DNA of 64,000 nucleotides from Pseudomonadota bacterium (GTDB lineage Bacteria > Pseudomonadota > Gammaproteobacteria > Xanthomonadales > Xanthomonadaceae): assembly GCA_018242465.1 (NCBI GenBank), contig JAFEBY010000064.1, positions 426 through 64,425 on the forward strand. Direction: 5' to 3'. Below the pieces are notes generated by a model, which searched no databases, had not been told where the DNA came from, and saw nothing but the letters and a program-made list of their open reading frames with translations. Made by a program: the position numbers and the translations under genes. Shown in pieces: positions 59,845 to 64,000 of the stretch. Each line of letters opens with the position of its first letter. The stretch's first letter is position 1.

Positions 59845-60395
59845 CGGATGCCCCATCTCTCGCGATTGGCCAACAAAAGGGCATTCACCAGATCGAGGTG
59901 GCTTTTCACTTCCTGCCTGAAGTCATCAATCCCCGCAACAGCCACCTGCAAACTGTCATCGTTGGCCGCACCATGCATCATGTTCAGACGCCGCGTGACC
60001 TGATTCAAATTGGTTCCGATTGCCACAAGCTGCCTGTTCGACTCACCGACTGCAGCCAGCTCCGGCATTCCAAGCTGAGGATCACGAAGCAGTCTTGCCC
60101 GTGTCAGGAATACGTACCACCTCGCAATCGAGGTGCCATCCGCTGCGGCACAAGCCGCTACCTTTTCGTATTCCGATTCCGTCAAGCGAAGATGGATGCG
60201 ACGCTTTGCCTTCTCTGGCTGCTCGACGACCACCGAGAACTGAGCTGGGCTTTGTGGTGCATTCCCCGAAAGTTTTCGAATCGCTTGGCGCAGCATATCG
60301 CTACAGGAAACCTTTTTCTCTTTACAAAATGCCTTCCAATTCTCCAACTCTTTTGGAGAGAGATAGACTTTGATGAGTGGGCGAGACATGGCCAT
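59841..60395 (-). CDS. mobC: MobC relaxosome accessory protein (RHH)
   Basis: RIHLRLTESE, QLVAIGTNLNQV.RRLN; GGGAGG RBS; overlaps the relaxase start. Confidence 0.88.
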   Translation of the reverse strand: MAMSRPLIKVYLSPKELENWKAFCKEKKVSCSDMLRQAIRKLSGNAPQSPAQFSVVVEQPEKAKRRIHLRLTESEYEKVAACAAADGTSIARWYVFLTRARLLRDPQLGMPELAAVGESNRQLVAIGTNLNQVTRRLNMMHGAANDDSLQVAVAGIDDFRQEVKSHLDLVNALLLANRERWGIR

Positions 60396-60408
60396 GCTTA
60401 CCCTCCCG

Positions 60409-61518
60409 TCAATCCGACTTTCGAACGGAATTTTTGCCACTCCACATTTGACGCCGTCGCTCTCTCAAGGCTTGTCGGTAGGTCGAATTCAGGGGATAAC
60501 TGCGCCCGAATGCGATGTGCTCCAGGCGAGAGGATGTCGTTTGAAGGCCCGAGATTGGATCCAGGCGTTGGCTGGTCGGATTGAGAATTCGACCTGCGCT
60601 GCTCAACCCACCCGACGCAGCACGCGCTGTCGTTGTCACGGGCAAGGCCATTTGTCGAAGCGACATTGCTGCCATCGAAACGCCGCCGGCGATGGATGAT
60701 GCCAACGACCCAACCTGGTGCAGCATGTAAGAAAAGATTCCGGCGATGCCAAGAATCTGAAGCGCCGCAAACGCCGGAGAGTTTGTGCCGTCGCCAGAGA
60801 CATCGGCGCCTTGGATAAACCTGTCGAAGGCTGCCATGCCGAACGACATGAAAACCGCCACCAACACGATGGTGAACACGTAGTTCATGGCTTGGCTGAA
60901 CCACGAATCGAAGAACCGCGCAGTGGCTGGCCACATCAGGCACACGATGAAGAGTGGGCCAACGGCAAACAGAGCGGCCAAGGCAAATTTGGCAGTGATG
61001 ACGATCGCTCCACCGATGAGCGTAAACAGCACGGCTCCCAAGCCAATTGCAGCGCCACTAAACCACCAGCCCAGCGCCGAACCCACATCCCAGCCAGAAT
61101 CGTTGGCTTTTGCGAAGCACTGTCCTACAAGATCGAAAGCGTGGTCTAGCGACGTATCCAGCGTTTTGTAGATCGAACCACCAGGATCTGCACCACCCGT
61201 GTTGAGTGCGGCCGCCAACCCTTCCTGTAGGCCATTGATACCGCCCACGACCCATTCCATATAGTGGCCTGCGGAAAGCGCGATCGCACCAATAAATGCA
61301 ATCTTGGCGCACTTCTTCACGACATCCCAGAATGGGTTCGACAAGTAACCGGCGATGATGAGATAGCCCATAATGGCCAGGTAAAGCGTCGTTCCAATGA
61401 GAACCGTACCGCTCACCGCCGACATGACGTTGCTCGCTGCAGGCTGTACGAAGGCGGCGATAGCGTTTTCAACCGTTTCGCCAACGAACTCGAACAGCAT
61501 TACGCCTGGCGCGTTCAT
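60409..61518 (-). CDS. virB6: VirB6/TrbL-family T4SS membrane protein
   Basis: Polytopic; AKFALA.LF.VGPLFI..L.WPAT.RFF.SW; ASSIAGG. Confidence 0.9.
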   Translation of the reverse strand: MNAPGVMLFEFVGETVENAIAAFVQPAASNVMSAVSGTVLIGTTLYLAIMGYLIIAGYLSNPFWDVVKKCAKIAFIGAIALSAGHYMEWVVGGINGLQEGLAAALNTGGADPGGSIYKTLDTSLDHAFDLVGQCFAKANDSGWDVGSALGWWFSGAAIGLGAVLFTLIGGAIVITAKFALAALFAVGPLFIVCLMWPATARFFDSWFSQAMNYVFTIVLVAVFMSFGMAAFDRFIQGADVSGDGTNSPAFAALQILGIAGIFSYMLHQVGSLASSIAGGVSMAAMSLRQMALPVTTTARAASGGLSSAGRILNPTSQRLDPISGLQTTSSRLEHIAFGRSYPLNSTYRQALRERRRQMWSGKNSVRKSD

Positions 61519-61784
61519 AGCGCACCTCCCTTGCCATTCCCATCGGGCACGATGCCGCGCCCTTGAGCACCCCACGTTGTCTTGTTCCTGGCCTTATTGG
61601 CATTCATGCAATTTGGTGTTGCGGCGAGCTCGCCCGGGTTGTTTCGGCACGCGACCAACACATTCTCCGTGTCCTGCGGATGTGCCACGTACCACTCAAC
61701 TGTCTGGGTTGGTCCCTGGCGTTGGCAGGCCATCAAGCTGGCAGCAATCGAGCACGCTGCCAGCATCGCGAATTTTGTGGTCAT
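61515..61784 (-). CDS. EexN-family entry-exclusion lipoprotein
   Basis: Lipobox LMAC; TVEWYVAH...CRNNPGEL..TPNC.NA; lies between virB5 and virB6. Confidence 0.85.
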   Translation of the reverse strand: MTTKFAMLAACSIAASLMACQRQGPTQTVEWYVAHPQDTENVLVACRNNPGELAATPNCMNANKARNKTTWGAQGRGIVPDGNGKGGAL

Positions 61785-62167
61785 AGCTGAATCCTCGAAG
61801 TTGAACCGCTCACCAGCGACAAAGCCGCAATGGCTCGCTGTGGGCTGTCGTAGTCGAGGCGTCCGCGACAATGCATCCACACCCACGCCACGAACCAGGC
61901 GAAGACAAGCCACGTCAATACCGCTGTCGACTTGACGTGAATGCCTAGTTCGGCCAGTGGGAAACCTAGCCAATCGTGCAGGGCCAAGAGCAACTGCACG
62001 ACAAAGATAAACAGCACCATGCAGTCCGCCAGGAATGCTGTGTGGAAACGACGAATTGCCGGATCAAAAAAGCCCCGACGATGGATCGTTTTCCAGAACC
62101 GTGCGAGCTGGATAACGGTAAACAATTCCAGCAGAACGATCGGGGCATGGATGAGAGTCGCGGACAT
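61781..62167 (-). CDS. Hypothetical membrane protein (3 TM)
   Basis: AAGGAGG RBS; three hydrophobic helices; coupled to the eex gene. Confidence 0.6.
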   Translation of the reverse strand: MSATLIHAPIVLLELFTVIQLARFWKTIHRRGFFDPAIRRFHTAFLADCMVLFIFVVQLLLALHDWLGFPLAELGIHVKSTAVLTWLVFAWFVAWVWMHCRGRLDYDSPQRAIAALSLVSGSTSRIQL

Positions 62168-62178
62168 GTCGTTCCTCC

Positions 62179-62925
62179 TTAGTGGCCGAACGTCAGGGGT
62201 TGAGCACTCACCCCACGCCCGCTTGAGTTCCAGGTCTTCGAGTTGACCTCCCGGCGCTGCTGTTCGATCAGGCGATCTTCTGCCTGGGCCATCATCTGGA
62301 ACATCTGCAGCTTTGTGTGCTCGTTCTGCAGGGCGGCCTGCTCGCCCTGGATACGGGCTTGCAGCTCGGCGATCGCCTTCGGATCCGTGGTGCCGTTGAT
62401 CTGCTGCACTAGGCCCTCGATCTGCTCCCAGCGTGCCTTGGCCTTGTCGAAAGCGTCGGATGCGAAGGCCTTGTCCTGCGCCGCCTTGTTGGCCTGGCGC
62501 TGGCACACCTGCTGATCGGCGCCTTGCTTCGCTGCGCAGCTGTCATAGAGCTTGTTGGCGTCGCGGATCGCCTGCGCAGTACCAGTCAGGCCCTTGTAGC
62601 CGCCCTGACGCACGCGGTCGTACACATCGCGCCATTCCTGTGGCAGATATTGCGCATACTGCGGATCGTTGAGGATGTTGCCCAGGCCACGGCTACCCGT
62701 CATCGACTGGTACTGCTGCTGCAGCTGCTGGTACTGCGCTTTCAACTGCTCGATCTGCTGGACTTGCTTGCCGATCGAATCCACCCACTTCGCGATATCT
62801 TCGATGTGGTTGGTTTGGTGGACCGTGATCTGCGCAACGTCCGTTACCGGAACCTGCGCGAACGCGGGATTACAGAAGGCCAACGCGAACATGCACGTGG
62901 CCAGAGCTTTGAACTTGAGTTTCAT
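62179..62925 (-). CDS. virB5: VirB5-family minor pilin
   Basis: Signal peptide, VPVTD, YQSMTGSRGLG, YLPQEW, TTDPKAIAELQARI. Confidence 0.92.
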   Translation of the reverse strand: MKLKFKALATCMFALAFCNPAFAQVPVTDVAQITVHQTNHIEDIAKWVDSIGKQVQQIEQLKAQYQQLQQQYQSMTGSRGLGNILNDPQYAQYLPQEWRDVYDRVRQGGYKGLTGTAQAIRDANKLYDSCAAKQGADQQVCQRQANKAAQDKAFASDAFDKAKARWEQIEGLVQQINGTTDPKAIAELQARIQGEQAALQNEHTKLQMFQMMAQAEDRLIEQQRREVNSKTWNSSGRGVSAQPLTFGH

Positions 62926-62989
62926 GGTGTTATCTCCTGACAGTGTTAATGGTGTTGGCCTCCAGTCGCACATCCCTCCAAATCGATAG

Positions 62990-63784
62990 CTACGAACGCC
63001 TCATCTCCGCAAGGGCGGCCGCAGCGATTTCTTTGCTTCGTGCTCGCGCACTGGGATCAGCCAGTCGAGCAGCGCGCTCAGCAGCCTCAGATTTCTTTTG
63101 TTCGGCCTTCGCCGCTTCTTTGATCCGCCGATCGCGCTCGGCCCTAATGGCCAGCGCGTGGTTTGGCTGGAAAATTCCCTTCTTGGCTCGGTCGATTAAG
63201 GCATGCAGCCATGCTGGCCACTGCCCCTTGATTACCTTCTCACGCAACGCCCCAGCTAGCTCATCTAGCAAGTCCTGCTGTTGCTGCAGGTCTAGAAAAT
63301 GGAATTTTCCAACTACTACTATTCGCTCGTGCTTGGTTAACTGGGACAGGAAAGTCCAGTCCAAGCCCTCATTGGTAGTAGTAGTTTCTTCTTTATTCTT
63401 CTTGGTACTACTACTACTGCTTTTAGGAGGGCGGTCACGGGACGCCGGTTCAACCGAAGTCGGTTTGCCTGACTTCGGTTCAGACTCCCATTCGGACCAA
63501 CCAGATATTTGGGTGACAGTGCGCCAGTGACCTTTTTCGTCTTGCGTGCGAAAAACCTTTGCATACCCGTACATGCGAAGTTCTTTCATCGCAGTAAGAA
63601 TGGCGGTGCGACCTTCAGACGGTGACTCGCGAGCGATGGCTTCTGCCGTCATCTGAAATCCTGGGGCGTTGGTAAGTAGCCTTGCCGCGATACCACGGGC
63701 GCGGTATGAAATTCGCTTGTCCCGTAGCAATGGGACGGGGATGCTTTCGTGGGGATAACGACGTGGGCCGACTTCAATCGTCAC
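62990..63784 (-). CDS. HTH-containing putative replication initiator
   Basis: LLRDKRISYRARG...EGRTAILTAMKEL..YGY wHTH pattern; low-complexity linker; QDLLDELAG C-terminal domain. Confidence 0.6.
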   Translation of the reverse strand: MTIEVGPRRYPHESIPVPLLRDKRISYRARGIAARLLTNAPGFQMTAEAIARESPSEGRTAILTAMKELRMYGYAKVFRTQDEKGHWRTVTQISGWSEWESEPKSGKPTSVEPASRDRPPKSSSSSTKKNKEETTTTNEGLDWTFLSQLTKHERIVVVGKFHFLDLQQQQDLLDELAGALREKVIKGQWPAWLHALIDRAKKGIFQPNHALAIRAERDRRIKEAAKAEQKKSEAAERAARLADPSARARSKEIAAAALAEMRRS

Positions 63785-63793
63785 GACGCGTCC

Positions 63794-64000
63794 TTACTCA
63801 ACTGACTCGTCCAGCACCTTCGCCAGATCGATCACTCGGAAATAGATATGGCGACCAAGACGCGTCTTTGCGGGTTGCAGCTTTTTACCCAGTTCGCTAT
63901 CAGTCGAGAGCGCCCAGTGAATGTGTGCCGGCTTCTTATTGAGGACATTGGCAAGCTGGGGCAGAGTCAATAGCGGCGAACCACCACTAACTCTCAGCAA
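63794..64000 (-). CDS. Small HTH DNA-binding protein (excisionase-like), 5' end possibly outside window
   Basis: PLLTLPQLANVL...RLGRHIYFR..DLA.VLD. Confidence 0.65.
   Translation of the reverse strand: MLRVSGGSPLLTLPQLANVLNKKPAHIHWALSTDSELGKKLQPAKTRLGRHIYFRVIDLAKVLDESVE

Larger units (their letters stand above)
50890..64000. mobile_element. Genomic island 2: integrative mobilizable element (continues beyond window)
   Basis: Begins at the 46-bp tRNA fragment; carries oriT, relaxase, MobC, VirB5/Eex/VirB6, Rep-like gene and R-M cargo. Confidence 0.85.

Overview
High-GC gammaproteobacterial chromosome; gene content and order suggest Xanthomonadales/Lysobacteraceae. 1-14.1 kb is core genome: yciK-like SDR, marC, Oar-like TonB-dependent receptor, ppnN, an orphan FimS/AlgZ-type kinase and the type IV minor-pilin operon fimT-pilV-pilW-pilX-pilY1-pilE. 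The rest is two genomic islands stacked in tandem at a minus-strand tRNA-Asn(GTT); only 3' fragments of the tRNA are visible (14136-14158 and 50889-50935). Island 1 (~14.1-50.9 kb; P4-type integrase, AlpA, MobI-like gene) is a defence/DNA-repair island. It carries a NERD-UvrD helicase, a nucleotidyltransferase-restriction-endonuclease fusion, Gabija, an IS21 element, a TcmP-DUF5131-TcmP operon, DUF3800, lexA-imuA-imuB-dnaE2 with GIY-YIG and AlkB, a 600-bp repeat-rich non-coding tract, and a Type ISP R-M gene. The Type ISP gene heads an operon that ends in a membrane-anchored lambda-exonuclease and a PIF1-like helicase. Island 2 (50.9 kb to beyond the window) is an integrative mobilizable element: XRE/ImmA-IrrE switch with a small divergent YjzC-like gene, Eco57I-like Type IIG R-M pair, RP4-type oriT, MOBP relaxase, MobC, VirB6-Eex-VirB5 and a Rep-like gene. 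The best candidates for undescribed systems are the YqaJ-TM + PIF1 operon, the MNT-REase fusion and the TcmP/DUF5131 triad. All family calls come from motif recognition by eye; no searches were run.
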